A stretch of 64,000 bases of DNA from Octopus vulgaris (GCA_951406725.2 OX597814.1:129332001-129396000), one strand, 5' to 3'; positions 1 through 14,029 are shown, counted from the stretch's first letter. Numbers and translations: made by a program. Notes: generated from the letters alone by a model not told the origin.

Positions 1-2733
1 CAGGGTGTTACAGTTCCCTGAACAATATGGAGGTTTCTGCTAGCAGAGTTGTTAAAGCATTAGTCAAAATGCTAGCAATATTTCTTCTGGCTCTAGTTCT
101 GGGGATCAGATAGAAGGGTTCATGTTATCAGCTTAACCCTCTTCTTAAAGTCGCTGACCTCATGTCAAAGTTTGAAACCATATGGAAACAAGCTAACAGA
201 ATTGTTACCACATTAGATAAAACGCCTTGTGGTATTACTTTTGGCTCTTTATTATTTGGGTTCAAATCCCATTGGTGTCAGCTGTACTTTATATCTTTTC
301 AGGATCAGCGAAATAAAATACCAGTCAAGAAGCAGGGTTGATGCTATTGACTGACTCCCTCCCCTCAAATCTTCTGGTAATCTTGTACCAAATTTTGAAA
401 CTGTAAAGCTGTGAGCTGACAGAATTACTGGTGCATTGGACATAATAATGCCTTGTTGTCCTTTTTTGGGGGGCTCTTTACATTCTAGGACCAAATCCCA
501 TTAAAGCCAACTTTCCCTTTCATCCTTTTGAAATCCATGAAATAAAGTGTGTCATGTATTGGGATCTATGTAATTGACTAACCACCTCCTCCTAAAAATT
601 GCTGGCATTGTGCCAAAATTTGAAACAATCATTATTAAGGTAGCAAGGTGGCAGAATTGTTAGGACACCATACAAAATGCTTAATGGCATTTCGTCTGTC
701 TTTACATTCTGAGTTCAAATTTTGCTGCAGTTGGCTTCACCTTTCAACCTTTTGGGGATTGATAAAATATGTACCAGTTAAGTATTGAGGCTGATGTAAT
801 CGACTAGCCCTCTCCCTTGAAATTTCAGGCTTTGATCATTATTATTATTATTAAGGTGGTGAGCTGGCAGAATTGTTAACACACCGGGCAAAATGCTTAG
901 CTGCATCTTGTCCATCTTCACATGCTGAGTTCAAATTCCACCGGGGTCGACTTTGCCTTTCATCTTTTTGGGGTTGATAAATTAAGTACCAGTAAAACAC
1001 TGGGGTCAATGTAATCTACTAGTTCCCTCCCCCAAAATTTCAGGCCTTGTGCCTATAGTAGAAAAGATTATTATTATTATTATTATTCGGATGGATGAGG
1101 AGAGATGTGTGAAGAAGTACCACTCCCAAACAGTTGAAGTAGAGGTAGATCCAGGAAGACAAGGGATGAGGTGGTCAAGCATGACCTTTGAATGTTGGGC
1201 CTCACAGAGGCAGTGACAAAAGACCCTACCTCTGGCGATATGCTGTGACTCTGAAGACCTGACAAATGAAGTGAATTCATGGCTTGCAGGATGGCCTGCT
1301 GTGCTTACCTTGGATCGTAGGGCAACCTGCTGTGCTTGAGGAGACCTATTGAGTCAAGTACCTCAACATCAAAATATAAATCAAATGGAAATTGTAGTTG
1401 TGATACCCGTACTGGTGGCACGTAAAAAGCACCATTCGAATGTAGCCGATGCCAGCACTGCTTTGACTGGCATCTGTGCCAGTGGCACGTAAAAAGCACC
1501 AACTGATCGTGGCCATTGCCAGCCTCCTCTGGCCCCTGTGCCAGTGGCATGTAAAAAGTAATCACTACACTCATGGAGTGGTTGGCGTTAGGAAGGGCAT
1601 CCAGCTGTAGAAACATTGCCAGATCAGACTGGAGCCTAGTGCAGCCTCCTGGCTTCCCAGACCCCAGTCGAACCGTCCAACCTATGATAGCATGGAAAAT
1701 GTACGTTAAATGATTATTATTATTATTATTAAGACTGCGAGATGGTGGAATCATTACTGCACTGGAAAAATTGCTTAGCAGCATTTCCTCTGGATTTATG
1801 ATCCAAGTTCAAATGTTGCCGAGGTTATTTTGCCTTTCATCTTTTGTAAATAAGTACCGGTTGAGTACTGGGTTGATGTAATAACTTACTCTCACCCATG
1901 GACTTGGTGGACTTGTGCCAAAATTTGAACCCATCATCATCATCATAATTAGTACTATTATTATGACAAGCAGGCAGGAATGGTAGAGTTGGTAGAGCAG
2001 CAGACACCATCCCATGCAGTATATAGTCATTTGTCTTTACATTCTGAGTATGAATTTCACCAAAAGTTGACTTTGTGTTTTGTCTTTTACGGGTTGAGAA
2101 AATAAGTACCAGACAAATACTAAGGTCAAGATCAACTGTCCTTTATTCACAAAATGTGTAGCCTTGTGCTTATATCATAAATCATCATCATCATCATCAG
2201 TGTTGTTGTTGTTATTATTATTATTGAGTGAGAGAGCAGTGCATGCCATCAAAGTGACACTTGGGTAAAATATATGAAGCCCAGTATACCCATCATGACT
2301 ACCCGTCTGATAAGGGTACACCAGGCACATGCATCACAACCATATGTGTGCGACATGGTGATCTCATATCAAGACAAACAGCACATGACCTAGCAGGTAG
2401 GGCCCAGTTAAAATTTTCTTCTGGTCGAGTAACCCATCCCGCTCAAAAGGTCCCTGATTAAGAGTTGAATTTTTCAAACCCCCAAAGAATCCTTCTCAAC
2501 ACATAGCTATGATGCTCCCCCACTACTTCTGCTGAGAGATGCACATATCGTCAGCCACTAAGGGACATGCTCAACTGGTTAAGGTCAAACAACTGACAAG
2601 CAAATCTGTGGTATTGAGCAGAATATTTGCTGAAGCCCATCTTTTATACCAAGACAAAACAATGTACATGATAACACTTCCAATCAGTTAAGATCAGAAG
2701 CTACGAGAGCCGCTGCCTGGTACTGCATCAGGG

Positions 2734-2775
<42 letters not shown>

Positions 2776-3545
2776 CATTATTATTATTATAAGGGCAGTG
2801 AATTGGTAGAGTGATGAGCAACTAATACCTCGCAGCATTTGTTCTTGCTCTTTATAGTCTGGGTTCAAATCTGCCTAGGTTAACTTTACCTTTCATCCTT
2901 TCAAAGTTGCTAAAATTAAGTACCACTTAAGTACTGAAATCAGCATAATTGACTAACCCATTCACCCTTAGATTTGAAGTTCTTGTATCTAAATTACTAA
3001 CAACTATTATCATAACAGTAATGGATGGCAGAATTGTTGGCTCATTGGATGAAATGTTATGCAGTATTTCATTAGATTCCTTCAACTTCTGAGATTAAAA
3101 CTCACCAAGGTCAGCTTTGCCGTTGTTTATCCTTCCAGGATCAATAAATTATACTACCACTCCAGGATCAATAAATTATACTACCACTCAAAAATTATAC
3201 TACTACTCCAAAATGTTTGGCTAAGTACATCATTATAATTTTAAGTGTCTACTTTATCATGTCTGCATGGGTTGGACAGTTTATTGAGGCAGATTTTCTG
3301 TGGCCGGATGCTCTTCCTATTACTGATCCTTACCTCTTTCCAAGCAAAGCAATATTTCCCCATGCTCAAAAATGTTTTTGCAGAATATTGGAAATGAATC
3401 ACGAGGATAAGACAAGAAGACACAAATACTCTCATTCTCTCTCTCTCTCTCTTACGTGTGTGTATATATATATATATATAAGAATTATTTGCATAATGAG
3501 ATAAAAAAACTAAGGCTGTGTAGATATTAGAACATTTTTAGATAG

Positions 3546-3597
3546 GTCTTACAGCTGTTTCCAGGGTATTTATTAATTATATCCCTTCATCGGAGAC
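3546..3597 (-). ncRNA. Second copy of the CCGAUGA hammerhead-like motif
   Basis: Reverse complement gtctccgatgaagggatataattaataaataccctggaaacagctgtaagac, inside a ~210-bp repeat (about 3481-3695) homologous and inverted relative to about 42957-43166. Confidence 0.65.
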
Positions 3598-3790
3598 AGT
3601 GTGAGAGGATGGTTAAGTAAGAATTAATTTAGATGGGATACAGAATAGAAAGTGAGGTGGAGGAATGAAAATTGATGTGAGATATGTAAGGATATTGAAT
3701 TTGTAGATCCATTTTTTAGGCAGAATGGTATATATGTAAGATTCCAATACCTTATGCAAAAAATCCAACAGCATTTAAAATTGTTATATA

Positions 3791-3843
<53 letters not shown>

Positions 3844-4427
3844 CAGGCTTCTTTCACTTTCTATCTTCCACATCTACTTGGAAGACCTTAATCACCATGG
3901 GGATATAGAAGATAATTCACTTACCCAAAGTACCATGCAGTGGAACTGAATTGAAAACCATGCGGTTGGAGATCAAACTCCTTGTTTCACAACCATTCCC
4001 TGTACTTTATTATAAATCATTAGTGTCTTCCTATCAGGTATTAATCATTTTACCCAGTCCTTCTTTCCCAGTATGGCAGCCCTCTGGAAATCCCTACTGG
4101 GGCTGACTTCCAACAGTTTAAGAGGAACATCCATGGTATCAATGTTACTATTATAGGTGGACCTGTAAAGGCCTTGTACAAGTTAAAAAGCAGTGGTTGC
4201 AGTTAACAGAAACAATTGAATTTCATACTAAATCCTATCAAATATTAAGTTTTGGCTTTTATACACTCAGTTCAGATCCTGCAGAAGCTAACTTTCCTTT
4301 TCATGCTTCTAGGTTTGAGACTGATACAATAAAAACATATCTTAAGCAAGTTAGAAGCAGTTTTACTTTATTTTTATTGTGTTGATTCTATTTTTTCATA
4401 TATTTTTCTATCTAAACTAAATTATTT

Positions 4428-4472
4428 TTCTTGTGACTCAAGTTTCATGCCACTGAAATCATCAGGCAAGAA
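4428..4472 (-). ncRNA. Degenerate type I hammerhead ribozyme motif
   Basis: Minus strand UUCUUG-C-CUGAUGA-UUUCAGUGGCAU-GAAA-CUUGAG-UC-A-CAAGAA: 6-bp stem I, intact core, near-palindromic stem III, GUC triplet; stem II is weak. Confidence 0.6.
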
Positions 4473-5860
4473 CTATCTTCTTTCGGTATTCAGGTTGGTT
4501 TTATATACTTTGAAGCTGGTTTATCCTTTTGTCTATGGCTATCTTTTTTTAATTGGTTGGGTTCTAATGCTGTTTTGTTGTTGTTTTATTGAGATATTTT
4601 CTATAGTTGTTGTCATTTCATTTGTCAATTTATTAGCGGTTCTAATTTTTATTGGTTGGCATCATTGTTGTATGTCTACATTTTTTTTTTTTTTAAATTA
4701 TGCATCTGTAAATTTATTTTTCTTAAATTATCTTTTTGTTGTTTTCTATTGACTAATTCAGTCAACTTTTTCTTTCTGCTTGTCAACTGTATTGTTATAT
4801 CTTGTTTGTCAAAGTTGTTTATTTGTTTATCATTTATTTATTGGCCAATTCAATAGTCATTCTCTATCTGCTTGTTAATTATGTCATTAATATCCTGTTT
4901 TGTGAAATTGTCTGCTTTGAAGTCTGTCAACCTTATAACTTCTAATTTTATATATAAAGTTACTAAAATTGTTTTTGATATATTCTGTAAGGAGTTTGTA
5001 TTTGTTATGTGGTGTCTTTAAACTGTTGTTCTTTTCTATGATCTAATTTGTTGATCACTTTGTTTCATTGATCTGTTAGTGTTGGCAGTTTTGAGTTTCC
5101 GCTGCTATTTTCACTGACATTATTTAATAGGATGTTTACCTTGTTTGCAGTTCAGACAAGTCTTAAAAAGGGAATTTATTCTGGTGCCTGCAGTGGGACA
5201 TCATCTCAGTTCTTCTGTTGAACAGGCTTATTTCATGCATAATTGTAATGTTTTTCTGTTTCATAGTGGCATATCTAAGAACCATTTGTGTATTAAAAGG
5301 CATGCCTATTATTGCCAACTTTATATTATCCTCCCTTAGTCCCAACGTTCTTTGATGAATAGGTGGTAGGAGTGATGAATGAACTGACCAACCAACAGAT
5401 GATACATGAATGGGAACGCACAAACATACACACACATGCTGAAGAGAAATACATTCTTTAACCTAATTATCTCTGTATGTGTGTGGTTAGATCAAGGAAA
5501 AGTGCTGGCCAATTCGCCTACATTTATGTAGTTTCCACAGTCAGTTGTGATAGTAACCCCAGATATTAGCATTTTTGATACCAACCCGTCTGAGACAGCC
5601 TTTGATTCAATATATTTATATGTAAATGTAGTGAATTGCTTCAAATACTTGATTATTTAAAAAATTGACTAAAGCCTATAGAGAGTATTTTATTTCCTTA
5701 GACATGTGGTTTCAAAAGAGTTAAACCCATGATAATTTGTAAATATTAAGTACTGTTTGTTGAGATCAAGTATTCTGAAGTAAAAATCATTTTTTAAATA
5801 ATGATATTCACTTTTATCTTAATCTTCATTCAGTACTAAATCACTTCAAATTTCTTTCAG

Positions 5861-5890
5861 CAAGCATCACCACTGCGCCACCAAGTAACT
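5861..5890 (+). CDS. Candidate 30-nt microexon of the GRIP-like gene (QASPLRHQVT if phase 0)
   Basis: Strong acceptor tttctttcag at 5851-5860 and donor gtgagt at 5891; length is a multiple of 3; phase 0 would join the 14030 exon. No transcript evidence. Confidence 0.5.
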
Positions 5891-6490
5891 GTGAGTGTAT
5901 CAATGGTTTATGATTTTGGGTTCTTTGTTTTGTTTTGTATTTTTTTTCTACCAAGAAGCTCATGACTTAACAGTTTCCCCATTCCTCTATTGATACAACA
6001 TACTATATTTCAAATTATGTATGATTATTTTTTTCATTCCCCTGGCTTGTATCTTCAAATGTGCTCTCCATCTTATCGTGCTTAATTACATTCTTCAAAA
6101 TGCTTACATTCTACCATATGATATTCATTGCAATTACAATAGCTATAACATGAATACATTGGTAGTTGTAGTAGTAGTGTGTGTGGTGGCACTGATCCAT
6201 TGCTCTACAAGAATTTTATCCACCTTTAGAAACTAAAATTTGGTAAATTTTTGGCAATCATTTGCTAATACTGATGACTAATTTTGGGCTATTTCCATGA
6301 AGTTCAGTATTCCCTCTCTATTTTACTCTTTTACTTGTTTCAGTCATTTGACTGTGGCCATGCTAGAGCACCACCTTTAGTTGCGCAAATCGATGCCAGG
6401 ACTTATTCTATCAGTCTCTTTTGCTGAACTGCTAAGGTACGGGGACGTAATCACACCAGTATCAGTTGTCAAGCGATGTTGGGGGGACAA

Positions 6491-6542
<52 letters not shown>

Positions 6543-7256
6543 GACAGGCTTCTTCCAGTTTCCACCTACCAAATCCACTCACAAGGCTATGGTCGGCCTG
6601 AGGCTATAGTAGAAGACACTTGCCCAAGGTGCCATGCAGTGGGACTGAACCCAGAACCATGTGGTTGGTAAGCAAGCTACTTACTACACAGCCACTCCTA
6701 CACCTATTCATCATGTTAGACTGACAAAAATGTTTCTATCAGTATTTTCTCCCATTCCATTTTAGGATGGTGTCTTCCTAATTCAGAAAGCCATTGATAT
6801 CACCTAAATCTCATAACTCTCTGGACTGCTGGATCACCATTAGAGATTTTGTCTTCATATAGCACAATTAGAATATCAGCTTCTTAGCTTGTGTGTGTGT
6901 GTGTATTTTATTATTTATATATAACTATATCATAGCCTCATGATATCAAATTACCACATGATTTTGCACCAAAGATGAAGATCCAACTCTACCATTAGAA
7001 ATGTGTAAAAGGAATAATAGGGCATCATGTATGCATATATATGTATATGGAAAAGGTTGACAGTGATTTTGAAGTTTTGGCTTGCTCACCATCCTGTATC
7101 TGATGTCAGTGACCAATCCTAGACATCAAGGTCTTTGTCAGCCTTTACATTGTAAAACTTGATATACATTCTACTAAAAAATATTGAGTGATCCTTCTCA
7201 GTTTAATGTTCAATTGTTCTGATATATAGCTTCACATAAAAACAAACATTTATATA

Positions 7257-8494
7257 CAGGGTATTTGGGCTAAATTTGACAGCTTGCATAAGAAAAAGAA
7301 ATCAACAAATACGGACTAGATTATGGTTGGGAGATAACAGTTTTCTCAAAGTTGCTTCTCCCAGCTTCCATCATGACCTCAAGATAGCTTCAGAACCTGA
7401 CGCAGACTCCTCTTTGAACACTTCATTGGTCTTGGTCACCAGCTTGGTCTTGGTGTTACAGGCAATATGGTTGGTGTTTTTCTCAACCTTGCCCCAAGTA
7501 ATACTTGGAATTACAATGGGGGAAATTAGGCCTGAAATTGGGGCTGGTGAAGTTGTAGAAATTCTCCAACATTTACTTCTGACTCTTTCTGGACATATAA
7601 CCAGGAGCCAAATCTTGTTGCCACACATATGGCCTACTAGCAGCAACCCTCTCCAGCCATGGATTGACCACAGTCTCCAGCAGCTTCAGATAGTCATCTG
7701 AATTGACCCTAAGGCCCATTTAAAGACGTGGGGATGAATCTCGGTGTGCAGACGCAGTCAGAATACCTTCTAGGTCCCTTCCTGCTAGCTTCAGCTTTGT
7801 AGTCTTTGTTTCTTTGTTGCTGCTGTCAACATCATGTCTTACAGCCTTTACAGAGTTTACAGAGCATTAAGCAATAATCATGGTGTTACCATTTTGATAC
7901 CCAGTGCAAATCATCGTGATACAATTAACTCTTTTCCAATATTCAAATAGCTTCCAGTCTTCCATGTTAGCTAACTTTCTCTCAACTACAAATCTAATTA
8001 TTATTAATTCCAATACTACATAGGTGTAGGAGTGGCTGTGTGGTAAGTAGCTTGCTTACAAACCATATAGTTCCGTGTTCAATCCCACTGTGTGGCACCT
8101 TGGGCAAGTGTCCTCTACTATAGCCTCGGGCCAACCAAAGCCTTGTGAGTGGATTTGGTACACGGAAACTAAAAGAAGCCCGTTGTATATATATATGTGT
8201 GTGTATGTTTGTGTGTCTGTGTTTGTCCCCCAACGTCACTTGACAACTGATGCTGGTGTGTTTACATTCCTGTAACTTCTCGGTTTGGCAAAAGAAACCG
8301 ACAGAATAAGTACTAGGCTTACACAGAATAAGTTCTGGGGTAGATTTGCTCGACTAAAGGTGGTGCTCCAACATGGTCACAGTCAAATGACTGAAACAAG
8401 TAAAAGTAATACTATTGACTGTTCACCAATATATCAAGCTGTTCCTGAAAAAAGGAAAATTTTAAAAATCATCAAATTTAGCCCAAACACCGTG
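7257..8494 (-). mobile_element. Decayed mariner-type (probably DD37D/maT) element interrupted by a SINE
   Basis: TIRs cagggtatttgggctaaatttga / tcaaatttagcccaaacaccgtg after TA; minus-strand remnant PWLERVAASRPYVWQQDLAP...ENFYNFTSPNF. Confidence 0.75.
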
Positions 8495-8578
8495 TGTGTG
8501 TGTATGTGTGTGTGAGACAGTTATTTATGAATTTGAAGTTGGTATCCTGCTCATCAGTGGTCTCACTGTTTACAACAT

Positions 8579-8669
8579 CACTAACCTATAGTGAATATTT
8601 ACATAGGTGGACAGAGCTTCACTAACCTTCACTAACCTATAGTGAATATTTACATAGGTGGACAGAGCT
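8579..8669 (+). repeat. Local 40-bp tandem duplication
   Basis: cactaacctatagtgaatatttacataggtggacagagct occurs twice about 51 bp apart, with a partial third start between the copies. Confidence 0.85.
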
Positions 8670-9956
8670 ATTTGACAGCATACACGACCATTTTGGGAAC
8701 AAATATTTTGCTTTAGGCTATATCATTGTGCCAGTGAAGCATCATATTAAGTTGTAACAAAAGAAGGAAATGAATAGTTTAAAAATAATGCATTCATGAG
8801 TAATGGACACACTGAAGATAGGTTGAAGATAGCTCAAAGATAGATCCAACATCTCAATCAATGGTTCACTGTATTGTTGAAGGTATGACAAGAAGTGTTT
8901 GTACATACAGCTTTTGATCTTGAGAGCTATTTCTCAGACTAAGTTCAGTTAGGTAAGTGTGCAATCTAAGGCATTCTTCCCAGATAGACATATATAGATT
9001 TAGCACTGCTAGATTTAGACATCATCTCATCCTAAACTATAACCCTTAGGTGTTACTTATTAAAAAAAGAAAAAAGACCAAAACGTCTCCTAAAATTTAA
9101 AAACGTGCTTTTTAATTATTTTGAAGCCTTTATGAGTAGTAAGGCCCTAAACCAAAGTTTGTTTAGCATATCTTAAACCCAGCACTAATTCTATGATGTT
9201 TCTGATAGTTGATAAACAAAATTCTCTACAATCATTCATAAACCACAATTTCCTGAATAAGCTACCATCTATAAGTCATAATAATTTCCAGAATATTTTT
9301 ACTCTAAAAGTATAAATACAGTTGTTTTGAATTTACTATTGTTTTATTTGAAGTAGAATATAAACAAAACAAAAAAAAACATTAATAGAATCTTTTGTCT
9401 CAACTAAGTTTTATATTTAATTAAAAATTCTTCTATTTTACATAAATAGCTCTAACATTGACATACTCTATGCAATAAATCAGTCTGAGTAATTTTAGTA
9501 TCACATTTTTATGGTGTATCAGCAGTTTGCATGCAATAAAAACATATCTCTAAAGTAACAAGAGTAAAATTAAGACAACAGACATTGATATTGTTAAATA
9601 AACAAGGAAAACAACTAAAACCTTGTGTGTGTACGCGTGGGTGTAAATATATATATATAGGAGCAGGCATGGCCATATGATTAAGAAATTCATTTTGATA
9701 CCATGTGGTTTAGTGTTCATTTCCACTGCATGGACACTGTCAGCTATTTTCTATGATAGATATCAGTTGAGTTGACCAATGCCATATATAAAATTTGATC
9801 GACAGAAACCAGAGGTTCATTGTATATATATGTACATGTGAGCATATGTGTGTGTGTGTATACACATACACATATATATGGCTCATGTCAACACGATGGA
9901 GATACACACACATTATATATATCTGTCTTTCTTTCTATCTATCTATCTATATATAT

Positions 9957-10002
<46 letters not shown>

Positions 10003-10793
10003 TGTGCGATGGGTAAATTGTTGCCATTGTATATTTTTAATTTCACACAATTTATCCATCGCACACTGTATATATATACATAAATATATATATATATATA
10101 TAAATTAAATAATGAGGGTAGAAATTAATATCAATCAACATCAATTTAAACCAGTGGTCTAGCATATTCAAAAAATCTGAAGATTTAAAAATTATATTAC
10201 AATTAATAAGAGGAATGACCACTAAAGTGGATTCCTATATGCTAAAGATAGACGTCAAATTGCCTTACCATGAAGAGTATGTTCTTAAGAAAAAAATCTC
10301 AGTAAACGCCAGAATGTAAAAATAAGCAAGACAAATGAAAATGAAAATAAGCAAGACAGTGGTTTAGGGCAAGTCTAGGGTATTCATTCATGATATGGGC
10401 AATGGTTTCATCCACCCTTTTGCAGATGCAGCATTGCAGATACACTTGTTCATTCCTAAGGTTGACCTCCAGTTTTTGGCCAAAGCTTGGTCTTGTGCTG
10501 CCACTATAGTGCTCTCAGTCTCTTCTTTTAGTGTTCCTTTCATCAGCCAAGCTCACCTTCTTCTTCTCCTCCTCCTCCTCCATTAAGGTGGCAAGCTGAC
10601 AGAACTGTTAGTTAGACAAACTGCTTGGCTGCATTTCATCCATCTCTATGTTCTGAATTTAGTTTCCACCAAGGTCTTCTTAGCCTTTCATACTTTCAGG
10701 GTCAATAAAATAAGTTGCATTCCAGCACTGGGGTCAAAGTTATTGATTAGCCTCCTCTTCAACAATTTCAGGCTTTGTGCCTATTGTAGAAAA

Positions 10794-10855
<62 letters not shown>

Positions 10856-11191
10856 GTAATGTGCCTGTAGCTGCTTACTCTTGTTCTTACTTAGCCTTAT
10901 TGATGCGCATACACATTTATTTATTTATATTCTATACTCTATGAGACACACTGTGACTACATATTAAGCATGAAATTTTGATGGACAGTTTTATTTTTAT
11001 ATCACTTTAAAAGTTGAAGTTTGTATCAAAGAATCAGGAATGGTCTCAGATGGGTTGCTATCAATAGGATTAAAGACAAATATCTGCAATAGGCAGAGTT
11101 AATTTTATAACAACTAGACAAGCTGATCTAGTTAGTTTCTGTATATAAGAGAGTTTTCATAACTTTATACTTTTAACCTATTTAGTTCTTT

Positions 11192-11483
11192 ATATTCTGT
11201 TGTGTCTGGGGAGAGTCATTTTCTTTTTGTGCCTTATAATTTAACACACTCACCTGTAAAATTTCCACTTATTCCTTTTTTTTTTATTTTCCTAAAATTT
11301 TTGTTGCGTCTTGCAACCTTTTCAATAGTCTTGACTCTGCCTGTTAAATAAGTGGAAATTTTTACCGGTGAGTATGTTAAATTATAAGGCACAAAAAGAA
11401 AATGACTCTCCCCAGACACAACAGAATATGCTTCAACACACGAACTCACATAAAGAATCTACCAAACCAAATCCCAAAACGAA
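11192..11483. mobile_element. Palindromic MITE-like repeat, copy 1
   Basis: Arms attctgttgtgtctggggagagtcatt... / ...aatgactctccccagacacaacagaat; homologous to 54091-54350. Confidence 0.8.
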
Positions 11484-11589
11484 ATAGTTCTTTATAATTT
11501 GACATAATTTTTATAAATTAATTTTTTACTTTACCATATTTTTATAAATGAATTTTTTTACTTTACCATATTTTTATAAATTAATACTT

Positions 11590-11646
<57 letters not shown>

Positions 11647-11749
11647 ATTTATTTTTTTGTCTCTCATGACTATTTTGACAATATTCTATGGCCAAATACC
11701 TTTCCTGATGCTAACTATTTTGGTATACCTTTGAACACCTGGAATATAG

Positions 11750-12755
11750 TGGGTGTGTCCGTTTTTTAAGGTCATTTGTATGAATTTAAAATAAGACACT
11801 GAAAACAAACTGATACAAATAATCTTGAGAATTCTTTTATCACACCTATTCAACGAATCTGCCATTAGCACCAATAACTGCTTCAATGCATGAACAAATC
11901 AGATGATCTTTATCACATTTTTTGGACATTGGGCTTTTTATGGTACACTTGAGAGATTGTATGGTGTTATGGGTGTGTCAATTGACCTCTCTCTTGACTA
12001 TGCCTCATATCTAATAGTCCAGTGGATTGAGGTCTGGTGAGCTAAGAGGCTGGGTCTGGGAGAACATGATCATGGAGATTGGCACAGATCCACCTCAAGT
12101 TGTCCAACCTTTATGAAATGGTGCAGTCTTGTTGAAAGATGTAAAGTCTTTTGTTGTATACTCTGTCTATCCAGGGCCTCACAACTTTTTCCAACATCTC
12201 TGTGTAAACAGTGACATTGACTGTTAAGCCCCATGAAAATAAAAGTGACACCAAAGCATTCCAGCCTCTTGGTGTTTAGCAAGCGCTTTGCACAGCTTGA
12301 GCAATTCTCTCTTGTTACATCTGACATAGACTGAACCCTTTGCATCACATGAGTCTTGTATCAGATATCCTCATGCACAATTCTACTGAGGGTGCATTCT
12401 GAGACCTTTAGGTCTTTCACAATGGCTCTGATTGACTTTCCCAGGCTTTATCAATTATTTCCTGGACTTTCTGCACAAAGTCACATGTTAGGATGCTATT
12501 AGAACCCTATGCATGCATTTTGCAGCTAGCTACTGATGTTGGATCCCTGTCAGCAGCTTCCAGCTCCTTTCAAACTTTCACAATCCTTCTCTGTATTACT
12601 ATGTGGCGATTTTGAGGCAAAGTTTACAGCGTGCCTTTTTATTTGCCAAGTCAACCCAATATCTGACATTATTTAAAAAGTAACATTTAAAAAAATTTAA
12701 GAAGAAAGTTAAAGCTCTTGAAAGGGGTGTCCTAAAAGAAAATAATGCACCCTGT
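11750..12755 (-). mobile_element. Decayed mariner-type transposon remnant
   Basis: Minus-strand SPDLNPLDY motif near 12010-12045; ends are degenerate, so boundaries are approximate. Confidence 0.6.
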
Positions 12756-14029
12756 GCTTGATGTTTCAACTAAACCTATATTTCAATGAACTGGTCAAAT
12801 ACACTATTCAAACTGGTTAAAGTTTGGATAGTGTATTCAGGAGTCTCATTATCATTTTGGTACCAGCGCATCAACTGTGAAGTTTGAATAATGTAGTAAA
12901 CATACTTCCAAAAAATGATTTAACCTTTTTGCTATCAGAGACACACAGCCTTTCATCATCATCATCATCATCTGTTTTCTATGATAGCATGGGTTGGACG
13001 GTTCGACCAGTGTCTGGGAAGCCAGAAGGCTGCTCCAGGCACCAGTCTGATCTGGCAGTGTTTCTACAGCTTGATGCCCTTCCTAATGCCAACCACTCCA
13101 GGTGCCAGGGGAGGCTGGCAGCGACCATGAACCATTGGTGCTTTTTACGTGCCATCAGCACAGAAGCCAGTCAAGGCAGCGTTGGCATCGGCCACATTCG
13201 AATAGTGCTTTTTACGTGCCATCAGCTTTGTTTCAATTAATTTTGAAAATAGTGAAGAATTTGCTAAAATAACTGTCATTTGGTCTTTGGAACATAAATT
13301 GACATAAAATTTTCATGGAAGGTTTCAATTTTGATCTTTTTGTAACAGTAAGTTTGTATCATAGAACCAGGGTTAGTCTCAAGCAGGTTGGTATCAAAAG
13401 GGTAACACCAATGTTTTAACAGAAATTTTGAGGGATCTTCTTTGCAATCACCCTACCTGCTGAAATAGCAACAAATCTCCCAAAAATTACACCTTACATT
13501 TTAACAGGGAAAGACACTTTGGATTATGTGGTACTAGATATACTGTCTGAATAAAAAAAATAGGGTCACTTTTGCTGGAATTTTTTTGATTATAGTCTGA
13601 GTAAATCAGAAAGACCTTGACTTTACTCAATGCAACAAAATTTTAGATAACTACAGTTAATATTTCAAGCACATTTTGACAAAATTCCAAATTATTGCCC
13701 ACAGTGATATAGAGATAACCCTCCTATTATGGTAATGAGGGACAATGAATTTAAAACAAAGAAATAAAATATTACCTTTTTATTTTTTAATTAATTTTTT
13801 TTACAGGGTTTCTTCTCAATCTCCTTTGTTCTGTAAATTTCTTTATGCAGATATTCTTCTTAGCAGGGACTTCAGGTGTGTATGTATGTGTGTATACGTA
13901 TTGTATATATATATATATATATACACACATTCACACACAGAAATACACAGCCCTATCTATGCAGGTTTACAAGGGGGTGGGTTTCCCCTCTTATGTACAG
14001 CTATCTTTAACGGTTGTTTTGTGCTTCAG

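Noticed and set aside
1305-1784. 159-aa ORF and many relatives containing FLQLDALPNANHS
   Set aside because: A recurrent translation of SINE family C, not a gene family.
5131-5339. Possible extra GRIP exon after the acceptor-like ttgtttgcag at 5150
   Set aside because: No convincing donor and no recognisable GRIP similarity.
9795-10108. Overlapping ORFs rich in YI, CV and HT dipeptides (also 24274-24658, 29651-30640, 59674-59962)
   Set aside because: They are translations of (TA)n, (TG)n and (CA)n microsatellites with no coding signal.
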